From: Candidatus Undinarchaeales archaeon
GTDB taxonomy: Archaea > SpSt-1190 > JASMDC01
Direction of reading: 5' to 3'
DNA: 46,106 nt
Assembly: GCA_030753015.1 (NCBI GenBank)
Contig: JASMDC010000027.1
Coordinates: forward strand, 1 to 46,106
In this document: piece after piece, positions 6,537 through 16,892 of the stretch
Numbering within the stretch: the first letter of the stretch is position 1
Layout: each line of letters opens with the position of its first letter
The notes under the pieces: generated by a model
Seen by the model: only the letters and a program-made list of their open reading frames with translations
Databases searched by the model: none
Told to the model about the DNA's origin: nothing
Made by a program: the position numbers and the translations under genes

Positions 6537-8311
6537 CCCCGCGGCGGAGATACCTGGTAGAGGGCGTGCTCGCGCACGTTGCCCGCAGGCTCAACGAGCT
6601 CTGGTGGCACGATGACCCTGTCCAGGAGCATGAGCTCGAACTCATCGCGCATCGCCACCGCGCCCGGATCGCTCCCGCCGCTGTTGTCGTAGAGGTACAC
6701 GCAATTTTCTCGGGCGAGCAGCGAGGTCACGTCACTGCGGAGGCCCGCCTCGGTCCCCTCGAGGAAAGAGTGAGTGCCGGGGACCACGGGATACCTCCCC
6801 CACAGGGTGCGCGTGCGCATGGCCTGGGGGCCCACCAGGTAGCACCCTCTGCCCACCATGCGATCCCATCCATCGAACGTGCTCTCCTCCAGGGCAACGG
6901 CCTTCCGAATGGATCGTGGGATATCGTCAAAGGGGGCCACGTGAGGGTAGAGCACGGTGATGACCACGGCACAAGTGATGGCCAGGGCGACCAACCTGCG
7001 GCGACAGGCACTCTCTGTGCGCCATGCGGCCCAGAGGAGGGTGAGCAGGGGCAGGATCAAGTGGAGGGTCGAGAGCACCGACCTGGTGCTGTCGGGCAGC
7101 TCGTGCCCGAACATCGGCCCGTATGCGAATGGCAGGTGCGCCAGGCCCGACAGGACCACGACGGCCTCCAGATGGAAGAGGCGTCCGGGGAGCGCGAGCG
7201 CACCCGCACCGCAGGCCAGGGCGAAGGGTACCGAGAGCCCGAGCATGTACCGGGGGGTGAACGCGGGCATGTTTGTTAGGAGGTAGAGGATGAGCCGTGT
7301 CCCCATCCAGCAGGCCACGAGCAGGCCTCCGGGCGCGTGCATCCGCAGCAAGAGCATCCCGCCCATCAGGGCCAGAGCGGTGAACAGCCAGGGCTGGAAG
7401 TAGCCGTCGAACCAGTAGGTGATGTACCAGACGTTGCGGGGGACCGAGCTGGGATCGAGCAGGCTGGAGGCGTTCTCGCCACCAAACCGCGTCTCGCCCC
7501 AGTCGGTGAAATGCGGGGCGATGAGCACGAGAATCAGGAGCCAGGGCACAAGCGGCGGTCGAGCGCGCTTGCGTCCCCACCAGTACACCACAGACAGGGG
7601 GGCAAGCGCCAGCAGGTTCTCGTTCTTGATGGTGACGTGAAGAGCGATGGACGCTGCCGCCAGCCATGCCGGCCCTCTCCTTCCCGTCCTTACGTGGAGC
7701 ACGGCCGCCAGCACTGCGAGCACCTCGGTGAGGATGGAGAGCACCTCGGAGAGCCCCTTCGCACCGAAACGGACGTGCATGGGTAGGAGCGCGATCACCA
7801 GTCCGGCCACGAGGGCCGAGCGCCTGTCCTTCGTGAGCAGGTAGGCGAGCATGTACACACAAGCAACGGTGGCCGTCCCGCCCAACACACCCACCGCCCT
7901 CACCGCCATCCCAGAGAACCCTAGGAGCACAGAGGCAAGGGACAGGACCAGGGGGTAGCCCACTGGAAAGTACGTAGCGAACTGCTGACATTCCCCCCTC
8001 TCCCCGATAGGGTAGTAAAGGTCGAACAGGAGGCGCTGGCCCATGCTACCGGTGGAGCAGATGGCGTTGAGCCGGTGGTGGACCAGGCCGTCCGCCTGGT
8101 CGAGGAAGAACCCCTCCTCCATCCCGGGCACGGCATGGTAGGGATTCCCGGCACGCACCGTGAAGGCGAGTAACAGGAGCAGGAACAGGGCGCGTCGCTC
8201 CCCGTGCCCCCTGGGAAGGATCGAGCGCAGCTCCCGGCGGGAGGCCGCCAGCGCCCCGGCGAGCAGGAGAAGGTTCCCTAGGGCGAACGGGAGCGCTAGG
8301 GGCGACGGCAT
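6533..8311 (-). CDS. GT-C membrane glycosyltransferase (ArnT/PMT-like), group-1 paralog
   Basis: Multi-TM; acidic pair MEE in loop 1; YFPVGYP, LLPMHVRF and SEV motifs; C-terminal extracellular domain. Confidence 0.8.
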   Translation of the reverse strand: MPSPLALPFALGNLLLLAGALAASRRELRSILPRGHGERRALFLLLLLAFTVRAGNPYHAVPGMEEGFFLDQADGLVHHRLNAICSTGSMGQRLLFDLYYPIGERGECQQFATYFPVGYPLVLSLASVLLGFSGMAVRAVGVLGGTATVACVYMLAYLLTKDRRSALVAGLVIALLPMHVRFGAKGLSEVLSILTEVLAVLAAVLHVRTGRRGPAWLAAASIALHVTIKNENLLALAPLSVVYWWGRKRARPPLVPWLLILVLIAPHFTDWGETRFGGENASSLLDPSSVPRNVWYITYWFDGYFQPWLFTALALMGGMLLLRMHAPGGLLVACWMGTRLILYLLTNMPAFTPRYMLGLSVPFALACGAGALALPGRLFHLEAVVVLSGLAHLPFAYGPMFGHELPDSTRSVLSTLHLILPLLTLLWAAWRTESACRRRLVALAITCAVVITVLYPHVAPFDDIPRSIRKAVALEESTFDGWDRMVGRGCYLVGPQAMRTRTLWGRYPVVPGTHSFLEGTEAGLRSDVTSLLARENCVYLYDNSGGSDPGAVAMRDEFELMLLDRVIVPPELVEPAGNVREHALYQVSPPRG

Positions 8312-8329
8312 GGTCAGTGGGACGGGCCT

Positions 8330-8347
8330 GAACCTTCAAAAAGCTTC
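8330..8347 (-). promoter_or_regulatory. Conserved BRE-TATA variant GAAGC-TTTTTGAA-GGTTC (also at 14085-14102 and 16107-16125)
   Basis: Same motif 22-23 nt upstream of the ATG of all three MPSPLAL paralogs. Confidence 0.75.
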
Positions 8348-8369
8348 TGTACACCGGTCCCCGGCCCGC

Positions 8370-11105
8370 TCACCCGCCATTCGACGAGAATGAGAGCCTG
8401 CCGACCAGGGCGTCGCCGGACATGATGGAGAGGGCGTCCGTGCCCAGCTTCATGTCGCGGGGATCCCCGCCATCCACCGTGACCCGGGCCCCGGCGGTCC
8501 CGGGTGGCAGGACGAGGACCAGTCCGTCCTCCCCAGCATCATCCGGGACGAGGTGGAGCGTGCTCACGACGTGGTCGGGCACGGCGGAGTTGGACCGGGT
8601 GGCGATGTCCACGGTCAGCACGTCGCCCTGTCGCCCGAGGGAGAGGTGCACGGGAGGGCCCTTGACCCGGGCGATCACCTCGTTGAGCACCGCGGTCGCT
8701 TTCCGTTCATCTCTCCGGTCCAGGAGCGCGTTGAGGAACCACACCTCCCGTCCCCCCACCTTCCGCCGTAGCAGCAGCGGGATCCCGTCGCCGTAGATCC
8801 AGACCACCTCGGCACCCCGCATGAGCCCGGGTACGGTCCTGCCGGCTATGCCCTCGGGGCGCGATGGCACGTCACCCTCCAGCATGAAGGGGCCAGGCAG
8901 CACCTCGCCCGTGGGGAGCCGGACCGCGGACAGCCCGCCGAGCACGCTGGCCAATTCCGGGCTCTCAGAAACGTCACCGAGGACGAGGAGGATGGGCACG
9001 TGCGGACCCGTGGCCTCCAGCACCGCAGTGAGCCGTTCTTCAATCTCCTCCGGCGCCCTCCCGTGGACACTCTCGAGCAGGATGAGGTTCGGTGGCGGCC
9101 TGTCCCGGTCGTACGGCGGATCGGCCTGGCAGTGCTGGTTGAGGGTGAGCAGGGTGGTCCACTGCCAGATGTAATCTGCGTTCATCACGAGCCCGTCAGG
9201 TCCGTCCACGCCCAGCACCACCTCGGCACGATCGGGCCCGGCGCTTCCCAGGGCCTCCCCCACGAAGATCCGGCAGGAGAAATGCTGGTGCCGGTCGTCA
9301 TTGAAGGTGAGGATGTCGTCCCACCTGAACAGGCGGAGGTCCGGGTCCCAGACCCGGTGCTTTGTGAAGAAGGCCTGAAATGGCCGGGTCCCGCCCGGGA
9401 GGAGCGATACTCCCGTCCACAGGGCACGCTCCCGTGCGCGCTCGGCGTCGTCGAGTTCGAACTGGGGACGCGCGGACCGTCGGTCGTCAGCAGGGAATTC
9501 CGTCCCTGCCAGCGTATTGAGGGACGCCGCGACGAGGATGGACGCCACGCATACCACGGCCAGGTCCCGCCGTCGGTCCCCGTCCGCCGCCAGCCTGGTG
9601 AGGCCGGCGACCACCCACACCGCAGGGATGAACAGGAGCAGGAAGGAATAGGTCGTCCTGTCAGCGTCCCAGTCGGTGATGAGCCCCATGAACGAGAACG
9701 CTGGTACGAACCACAGGAGGAGCAGGAGCGACGCCCGCCGCCTGGCCGTTAGCAGGGAGAGAAGGCCGAGGAGGCCGACGGCGGACAGCACGATGCCGAA
9801 CACGTTCAGGAATACGAGGCCGAGCAGTACGAACGTGGGATAGGGCATCCCGATGGCACTGACGAGCGTGTGGTGGAAGGGCCAGTTGAGGAGGAGATAC
9901 GTGCTGAACGACCTCCCGAGGAGGGGGAGGGTGTGCTCCGTGAGCACAGCAATGTCACCGAAATGCAGCTCGTTGGCCAGGATGTCGCCGAACACGTACT
10001 GGTGCCAGAACAAGTACGGGAAGAGCGCGATAGTGGCGCCGACAACGAGGAGGGCGATTTGTGTTGCCCTGCGGTCTGATGGTCGCGAGATGAGGAGGTA
10101 TGCAACAAGGGCGGGCGCCGACACGACGGTCATGTGCCGCACTCCCAGCAATGCACCGAGCACGAGCCCCGACGCGAAGGCCCTCCTCCCTGCCCAAGGT
10201 CCTTCGTCGAGCACCAGGAGGACCGCTGTCACCGACAGGAACAGACCAGCGAGGTTCTCGTTGTGAGTGATGGCATAGCTGACCACCGGGTTGAGCACGA
10301 TGATGGCCGAGACGAGGAGCGAGGACCAGTGGCTGTCGGAAAAACGGCGCAGGAGGATGTAGGTCCCGAGCATGCAGAGAGCGCGTGTTAGGAGGAAGAA
10401 CACATGGAAGCCGAAGTAGCGTAGCGCCCGGGCATAGGGCGCCATCAGGACGGGATAGCCCAGGTGCGCGTTGAGGAAGTAGGCTATGCGGAAGGGCTCG
10501 TCCCCCCGGTCCATCCTTTCCTGCATGAGCCCGGGGATGACCGAACGGATGAACGGGCACTCATCCTCGCCCGGGCACGTGGTGACGATGTCGCCGGGTA
10601 GCGACCGCGGTGGGGGGAGCTCCGCGATGACATCACCGTTGACACGACAGCGCTGGGGCAGGCCCAAGAGATAGCGCTCCCCTTGGAACGAGCACCGGCT
10701 GTGGAGCATCGAGTACGATGCGTCGTACAGTGACCAGTGGACGCCCACAACGATGAGGAGCGCCACCAGGAGGGTGGCGCCGTGCACAACATCGTCGTAC
10801 CCAAGTGACCCGGATCCCGCAGTCGCTCTGCCGGAGGATGCCGGGATGTACCATGCGGTCACCGCGATGATTGCGGCGGCGGCGAGCATGAGAAGCATAC
10901 CCGAGACGTACGTGTCGGTCAGGAAGGCCAGTGATGCTGCCAGGGTGGCCACAGTGACGGTGCCGAGGACGGGGACGAGGAACACGGCCTCTGCGCGGGT
11001 GCGCGAGCGGGCGAGCGATCGCTCCAGGAGGATCCCTGGGATCAGAACGGTCCAGAGGAGGAACAGCGCACCCCGGACCAGCTCGGTCAGCACGGCCGCG
11101 CTCAT
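8370..11105 (-). CDS. Large GT-C-like membrane glycosyltransferase with C-terminal soluble domains, group-2 paralog
   Basis: Multi-TM; shares LLGVR, PYLFWHQYVFG and LNWPFH..LV...PYP.FV motifs with 24165-26327. ATG overlaps the upstream TGA (ATGA). Confidence 0.7.
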   Translation of the reverse strand: MSAAVLTELVRGALFLLWTVLIPGILLERSLARSRTRAEAVFLVPVLGTVTVATLAASLAFLTDTYVSGMLLMLAAAAIIAVTAWYIPASSGRATAGSGSLGYDDVVHGATLLVALLIVVGVHWSLYDASYSMLHSRCSFQGERYLLGLPQRCRVNGDVIAELPPPRSLPGDIVTTCPGEDECPFIRSVIPGLMQERMDRGDEPFRIAYFLNAHLGYPVLMAPYARALRYFGFHVFFLLTRALCMLGTYILLRRFSDSHWSSLLVSAIIVLNPVVSYAITHNENLAGLFLSVTAVLLVLDEGPWAGRRAFASGLVLGALLGVRHMTVVSAPALVAYLLISRPSDRRATQIALLVVGATIALFPYLFWHQYVFGDILANELHFGDIAVLTEHTLPLLGRSFSTYLLLNWPFHHTLVSAIGMPYPTFVLLGLVFLNVFGIVLSAVGLLGLLSLLTARRRASLLLLLWFVPAFSFMGLITDWDADRTTYSFLLLFIPAVWVVAGLTRLAADGDRRRDLAVVCVASILVAASLNTLAGTEFPADDRRSARPQFELDDAERARERALWTGVSLLPGGTRPFQAFFTKHRVWDPDLRLFRWDDILTFNDDRHQHFSCRIFVGEALGSAGPDRAEVVLGVDGPDGLVMNADYIWQWTTLLTLNQHCQADPPYDRDRPPPNLILLESVHGRAPEEIEERLTAVLEATGPHVPILLVLGDVSESPELASVLGGLSAVRLPTGEVLPGPFMLEGDVPSRPEGIAGRTVPGLMRGAEVVWIYGDGIPLLLRRKVGGREVWFLNALLDRRDERKATAVLNEVIARVKGPPVHLSLGRQGDVLTVDIATRSNSAVPDHVVSTLHLVPDDAGEDGLVLVLPPGTAGARVTVDGGDPRDMKLGTDALSIMSGDALVGRLSFSSNGG

Positions 11106-12211
11106 GGCCCTCTCACGTCCCGCCCGTCGTCGCATTCCCTAGCACCGAAGGCGAGCCATGGGTAGAGAGGGGGCCAGAACCGGCAGGCATTGGACAGGTC
11201 CGTCTCGTGAGTGCACCAACACTCGCCGCGGGCGATCTCCTCGCACACCTCTATCGCCTTTTCGCTCATCCACACCCGACCGAAGTCGTACCCCTCCTCC
11301 CGCAGGTCGCCCAGGGGCCGGTCCAGCATCTCACAGGGGTACACGACGCCCCGCTCGGTGAGCACCGCCTCCAGGAGACCGGCGCGACAGGGGGCCACAC
11401 GCTTGTGTTCGCTGTACGCCCAGGTCACCGCGCGTGAGAGCAGGTCAGGTCGGTGGCCGAAACCGCGGGGGTACCGACCCTGCTCGCGCACCAGGGTGAA
11501 GGCCCGCTCCACCTCCTCGGGCGACAGGCCCAGCACCTCCGGATCTCGAGGGTGGGGCCGGGCGAGGGTCACCGAGAAGGTGGGGCTGTTCCACGGCGGA
11601 CGGGACAGGAGCTGCAGAGTATCCTCCACGACGTGGACGTTGAGGCGAGAGAGAGTTAGGTTGACGGCCACGTCGAGGCGCGGTTCGCGGCGCGCGAGCT
11701 CGTCGAGGCGCCAGCGGGTGTGAAGGAGCTTGGAGTAGGCGCCCGTGCCGCGGATGGCATCGTGCACCTCCTCCGGTCCGTCCAGAGAGAGGTTCACCCG
11801 GAGCCGTGCGGGACGACATGTGTCAAGCACCTCGGACACGGACCGTTCCACGCGATCTGGGAGCAGACCGTTGGTCGGGAGGTTGATTACCTCGGTGCTG
11901 CACGATCGGACGAAAGGCTCCACCAGCCCGGCCAGGTCGTCGCGGAGCGTGGGCTCACCACCGCTGAGCAGGAGGAGCGGGAGCCGGGGAATGGTAGCAG
12001 CGATTCGCTCGACCTCGTCCGGCGTGAGCTCCTTGGACGTGTCGGCCGCATCGGCCTCTCTCCAGTAGAAGCAGTGAGGGCACCGTGCATTGCATCGTGC
12101 GGTAACGAAGAACGTGAGGTACACGGGCCACGACGTGGTCAGAAGCCGAGAGTAGCCGAGCGCGAGGTAGCGCAGGCCAAGGGTGCGTCGGACCAGCTCC
12201 TCACCGAGCAT
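11102..12211 (-). CDS. Radical SAM protein with SPASM/twitch domain
   Basis: CNARCPHC, SGGEP, TNG and SLDG motifs; C-terminal C.AG...GxVYPCE...CxC. Confidence 0.92.
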   Translation of the reverse strand: MLGEELVRRTLGLRYLALGYSRLLTTSWPVYLTFFVTARCNARCPHCFYWREADAADTSKELTPDEVERIAATIPRLPLLLLSGGEPTLRDDLAGLVEPFVRSCSTEVINLPTNGLLPDRVERSVSEVLDTCRPARLRVNLSLDGPEEVHDAIRGTGAYSKLLHTRWRLDELARREPRLDVAVNLTLSRLNVHVVEDTLQLLSRPPWNSPTFSVTLARPHPRDPEVLGLSPEEVERAFTLVREQGRYPRGFGHRPDLLSRAVTWAYSEHKRVAPCRAGLLEAVLTERGVVYPCEMLDRPLGDLREEGYDFGRVWMSEKAIEVCEEIARGECWCTHETDLSNACRFWPPLYPWLAFGARECDDGRDVRGP

Positions 12212-12297
12212 GGTGACGGTTGTGTGCCGCGATCATTTAAACCTGTTGTCGGCGCCCGGGCGAACCATCGCCTGTGAGCGACTGGAGATAGATATGA

Positions 12298-14067
12298 CTA
12301 TTGTTCGCGGGGGGATGATACGCGATAGAGGGCAAGGCCCTTGAACACGGTCATCTCCCCGGCGAACTCCATGGGAGCTGTGAGGTATTCGATCGTCTCC
12401 AGCCGGAAGGATCCGTGCATCATCAACGAGGTGCTCGGCTCATTTCCCTTCTCCCATACCTGCTCGTATAGGTAGACGCAATGGTCCTTGGCCAGAAGGG
12501 AAGCGACGTCCTCGCGCAGCTCGGCATCCACGTTGGGGACGGACCGGGGGGATTCGCCCGACTTGCCCCGGGAGTCGGCCACGATGCGCCGGCCCCACGC
12601 GGATCGGGTGTGGCCGGGGGCGATGACCACCATATAGCACTCCCTGCCCACCAGATGTTCCCACTCCTCGATGGTCCGTCCCTCTAGGGATATGGCCTCC
12701 CTCATGAGGCGGCCAGCACCGTCCGTCACGGTGACGGCCGGGTATAGGGTGGGGACGAGCAGGGCCCCCGCGGCGATGGTCGCGAACAGTACGGCCCGCT
12801 CCCGCCCCCGTGCCATCCACGCGGCGCACATTAGTATCCCCATGGGGATGGCCAGGTGGAGCGCGTAGAGCAGCGACCGTGTCCCGGCCGGGAGCTCCAG
12901 CCCGAACACCGGTGCGTAGGCGAACGGCAGGTGCGCCGCGCCGGACAGGAGCACGGCGGCCACCACGGACCCGGCGGCGAGGGACCGCCCACGCGCCCCC
13001 GCGCCACATGCCATTGCGAAGGGCACGGAGAGCGGCAGCATGTACCGGGGAACGAAGGCGCCGAAAGTGTGGAGTAGGTGGAGCGCCAGACGCACCCCCC
13101 ACCACGCGGCCACCAACCGGGCGAACGGCGGCGGCAGGCACCACATAGCGATGCAGCCGAGCAATGCCAAGGCGGTGAACAGGTAAGGATTGAAGTAGCC
13201 GTTGAACCAGTACTCAACGTAGTGGAAGTTCGCAGTGATCGACATGGGATCCATCCTTGTCGAGATGGGCTGGTCGCCATAGGTGGTCACCCCCAGGTCG
13301 GCGAAATGCGGCACGACGAGCACCAGCGCCACCAGCCAAGGGAGCGGGGACGGACGCGTGCGGACGTGCTCCCTCCCCCACCAGTAGACCACGAGCATGG
13401 GCACGATGGCCAGTGGATTCTCCACCCTGACGGTGACGTGGAGGGCGAGGCTGGATGCGGCCAGCCATCCAAGGGCGGACCTGCCCGTCCGGACGTGGAC
13501 CACCGCTGCCAGCACAGCAAGGCACTCCGTCAGTACGGAGGGGACCTCGGCGAGGGTCACCGACGCGAACCGCACATGCATGGGAAGGAGGGCGAGCACC
13601 AAGGCCGCCACTAACGCTTCGTCGTGGTCCCGGTCGAGCTGACGCATGAGAAGGTAGACGCACGCCACGGTCGCCGTCCCACCCACCACTCCGATCAGCC
13701 GAGCCGCGACATCGGAGAACCCGAGGAGGACGTATGCCAGGGAGAGGATCAGCGGATAGCCGATGGACTTGAAACCACCGAACCGTTGGCAATCGCCCAT
13801 CTCCCCCAGGGCGCATATGACGTTTAGATGGTGATGGACGAGGCCCTCGGCCTGGTCGCGGAAGAAGGTGTCGTCCATCCTGGGGACGGGGCGGTAGGGA
13901 TTGAGAGAGCGCACTCCGAAGGCCAGCAGGAGGATGAGGAGGAGGGCGCGACGCTTCCGGCCAGAGCGCGGGAAACGGTCCGCCAGCTCCCGGCGCGACG
14001 CGGCCAGCGCCACGGCGAGGACGAGGAGGTTCGCCAGGGCGAACGTGAGCGCCAGTGGCGAAGGCAT
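12298..14067 (-). CDS. GT-C membrane glycosyltransferase, group-1 paralog
   Basis: Starts MPSPLAL like its paralogs (start moved from 14220); MDD motif, IGYPLIL, LLPMHVRF. Confidence 0.8.
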   Translation of the reverse strand: MPSPLALTFALANLLVLAVALAASRRELADRFPRSGRKRRALLLILLLAFGVRSLNPYRPVPRMDDTFFRDQAEGLVHHHLNVICALGEMGDCQRFGGFKSIGYPLILSLAYVLLGFSDVAARLIGVVGGTATVACVYLLMRQLDRDHDEALVAALVLALLPMHVRFASVTLAEVPSVLTECLAVLAAVVHVRTGRSALGWLAASSLALHVTVRVENPLAIVPMLVVYWWGREHVRTRPSPLPWLVALVLVVPHFADLGVTTYGDQPISTRMDPMSITANFHYVEYWFNGYFNPYLFTALALLGCIAMWCLPPPFARLVAAWWGVRLALHLLHTFGAFVPRYMLPLSVPFAMACGAGARGRSLAAGSVVAAVLLSGAAHLPFAYAPVFGLELPAGTRSLLYALHLAIPMGILMCAAWMARGRERAVLFATIAAGALLVPTLYPAVTVTDGAGRLMREAISLEGRTIEEWEHLVGRECYMVVIAPGHTRSAWGRRIVADSRGKSGESPRSVPNVDAELREDVASLLAKDHCVYLYEQVWEKGNEPSTSLMMHGSFRLETIEYLTAPMEFAGEMTVFKGLALYRVSSPREQ

Positions 14068-14325
14068 GGCCTCTGGTGACACTCGAACATTCAAAAAGCT
14101 TCTCCATGTCCGCGCTTCCTGGGAACCGGTGCCGGGGAAGGGGGAGAGCGGACGCCTATGTCGGTCATCCTCACTAACCAGCGCAACTTCGAATGTGTCT
14201 GCCGCTCCATCAGGTCCCACTCCGAGCCAGAGAAGGCCACCGATGAGCTGTTCGGCCTCCGGTTGGAGGCGGTCCTCAACACCCTACGCATCGCCCTCAG
14301 GTGATGCAGGGGTGCGGCAGGCCTG

Positions 14326-16089
14326 TTACAACTTGGGGGCTACGACCCGGTACAGGGCAAGCTTCTGGAGCATGCCTGTTGCCTCTGCCTCTTCGGGCGG
14401 CACCGACACGCTGTCCAGGTGCTCGAGTACGAAGGTGTCATGCACCATCCGTCCGTCGATGTCGGGCATCCGTTGTGTCTCATAGAGGAACACACAGGCA
14501 CCGTCGTCCAGGAGGCCGACCACGTCGTCATGCAGTTGCGCAACGGTGGCGGGGAGGGCGAGGTGCGAGGCGCGCATCACCAGCGGGCGCTGCCACAGAG
14601 CGCGGTAGGGCACTGGGCTGGGCACAACGACGAAGCACTCCTCCCCCACGAGTACGCGCCATCCATCGATGGTGGATGACTCCAGGGCGAAAGCCCTGTG
14701 GAAGGCTCCTGGGAGCCCGTCGGTCCTTGTTACACGGGAGTAGAGCGCGGGCACCAGCACAAGGCACGCCACCAGCGCGACGGCCACCACCCTCCGCTCG
14801 CGTCCCGCAGCACGCGTCGCCCCCCACAGGAGCAGTGTGATAGGCACGACCGCGTGGAGGAGCCCCAGGACCCACCGCTGCGTTCCAGGGAGCTCCAGCC
14901 CGAACAGCGGTCCGTATGCGAATGGTAGATGGAGGGCTCCGGACACGAGCAAGGCGGCCGTCAGGGTCTCGGCTGGCCAGGACAGCACCGCTGCCGCCGC
15001 GCCGCAGGCCAGGGCGAAGGGCACAGAGAGGGCGAGCATGTACCGGGGGATGAACACGGTGTAGGAGTGGAGGAGGTACGGGGCGATCCGGCTGACGAAC
15101 CACAGCGCGGTTACCGATGCGAAGGGCCCGGCTAGGCGGGCCATGGCAGCGCAGCCCGCCAGGGCCATGGCGGTGAACAGGAAGGGCTGGAAGTACCCGT
15201 CCACCCAGTAGGAGATGTATTGGAGGTTGCTTGCGATATGGCGCGGGTGGAGCCGGTAGGTGAAGTCCTCGTACTCCTTCACGGACTCAGTGTACATCTG
15301 GTTCCAGAACCGCTCCGGTGTCTCGGCGATGTGAGGGACGAGGAGGGCAAAAGCCACCACCCACGGGAGCAGCGAGGGCCACACCCCGCGCTTGCCACCC
15401 CAGCGGTAGACCACTGCTATCGGTACCAGCACCAGGAGCGCCTCGCGGCGTACCGTGGCTGCGAAGGCGAACGACAGGGCCGCGAGCCACCCCGACGCAT
15501 CGCGCCTGCTGCGCACGTGCATGACCGCAGCCAGCACAGCCAGACACTCTGCGAATGCGCCAAGGACGTCGGAGCGAACCTCGACCGCGTACCGCACGTG
15601 CATGGGCAGGAGCGCGATGACCAGGGCAGCGGTCAGGGCGGCGCGATCGTCCCGGATCAGGAGGCGGGCCAAGAGGTAAGTGACAGCGACCGTGGCGGTC
15701 CCCGCGAGCACCCCTACCAGTCGGGCGGCCGTTCCCGCAGAGCCGGTCAACGACATCCCTAGGGAGAGGACCAGCGGGTAGCCGATAGGATAGAACATGG
15801 CAGGACTCCGACAGGTGCTGGGCTCACCAAACGTGCAGAATGTGTTGAGGCGATCGACCATGAGCGACTCCGCCTGGTCGTGGTAGAACCACTCATCGTT
15901 CCACATGAGAGGCTCGTATGGGCTGAATGCACGTACGCCGAACGCCAGGACGAGCATCAGGAGAAGGGCATGACGTCCGCCGGGGGCGCGGGGAATGGCA
16001 GCGGCAAACTGCCGCCGCGACGCGATGAGAGCAACAGCCGCGAACAGAAGGTTGAGGAGGGCCGCGGACAGCGCCAGGGGCGACGGCAT
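14326..16089 (-). CDS. GT-C membrane glycosyltransferase, group-1 paralog
   Basis: MPSPLAL start; NDEWFY catalytic-type DE motif, YPIGYPLVL, LLPMHVRY. Confidence 0.82.
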   Translation of the reverse strand: MPSPLALSAALLNLLFAAVALIASRRQFAAAIPRAPGGRHALLLMLVLAFGVRAFSPYEPLMWNDEWFYHDQAESLMVDRLNTFCTFGEPSTCRSPAMFYPIGYPLVLSLGMSLTGSAGTAARLVGVLAGTATVAVTYLLARLLIRDDRAALTAALVIALLPMHVRYAVEVRSDVLGAFAECLAVLAAVMHVRSRRDASGWLAALSFAFAATVRREALLVLVPIAVVYRWGGKRGVWPSLLPWVVAFALLVPHIAETPERFWNQMYTESVKEYEDFTYRLHPRHIASNLQYISYWVDGYFQPFLFTAMALAGCAAMARLAGPFASVTALWFVSRIAPYLLHSYTVFIPRYMLALSVPFALACGAAAAVLSWPAETLTAALLVSGALHLPFAYGPLFGLELPGTQRWVLGLLHAVVPITLLLWGATRAAGRERRVVAVALVACLVLVPALYSRVTRTDGLPGAFHRAFALESSTIDGWRVLVGEECFVVVPSPVPYRALWQRPLVMRASHLALPATVAQLHDDVVGLLDDGACVFLYETQRMPDIDGRMVHDTFVLEHLDSVSVPPEEAEATGMLQKLALYRVVAPKL

Positions 16090-16132
16090 GACGGTAAGAT
16101 GAGCCTGAACCTTCAAATAGGCTTCGGCGACA

Positions 16133-16696
16133 TCACGTCCTGTCCTCGTCCCCATGTTGCGAGAACCGCATCATGATGACGTCCGGACCGACCCGGCGCT
16201 CCTCGAGCACGTATCCGTGGTCCTGGAGCACGCCGGTGATGTAACCCGCGAGGAAGTTGGCGAACACGGATTCCTCCACGGCGGTCTGGGCGGTTATCTC
16301 CAGGATTCCCTCCTCGCGTTTCCATGAGAGGAGTGGGAACCATCCGGCGAACTTGTAGGCGTCCCGGAACACCTCCAGGCAGTGCTTGACGTTGTGCACG
16401 TTCGGGAACACTGTCTTGTAGAAGGAGAGGAAGTTCGAGCTCTTGCGCGTACCTAGCTTGAAGGCCCCGTCCTCATCGATCCCCTCGCGGTAGGCCTCTA
16501 AGATGTCACGCACGTCCGAGGCACGGAGCGTGACCCCGTGCTGGAGCTTCATCCACTGCTGGTAACACACTGTGTCCCCGAGCGAGGAGGTCAGGGCCCT
16601 GTGCCGGTTGGAGAGGTTGAACGCCTCGATGAGGACGTCGAGGATATCAACCGCTCGCTTGTCGGCCGAGAAATTTAATTGTATGCGTGCCGCCAC
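16133..16696 (-). CDS. Hypothetical protein, possible RHH N-terminus plus V4R-like ligand-binding domain
   Basis: N-terminal strand-helix-helix pattern; C-terminal FLAGYITGVL...Y pattern typical of V4R-like folds; TATA at about 16721-16728. Confidence 0.55.
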   Translation of the reverse strand: MAARIQLNFSADKRAVDILDVLIEAFNLSNRHRALTSSLGDTVCYQQWMKLQHGVTLRASDVRDILEAYREGIDEDGAFKLGTRKSSNFLSFYKTVFPNVHNVKHCLEVFRDAYKFAGWFPLLSWKREEGILEITAQTAVEESVFANFLAGYITGVLQDHGYVLEERRVGPDVIMMRFSQHGDEDRT

Positions 16697-16892
16697 CAGT
16701 ATACGAACAGTCCGCCCAGGCTTTAATACTTTTCCATCCTATACGGAGGATGTAGCGGCGTTATCAAGGCATATAACCAGCATTCCATTAGTTTAATAGA
16801 AAAATACAATAATTTCTTTATATTCTACACATTTTGTTGTAATTGAGGCTTAATTGGTCGCTCTAATGCGTAATGCTCGTTTTAGAGAACCC

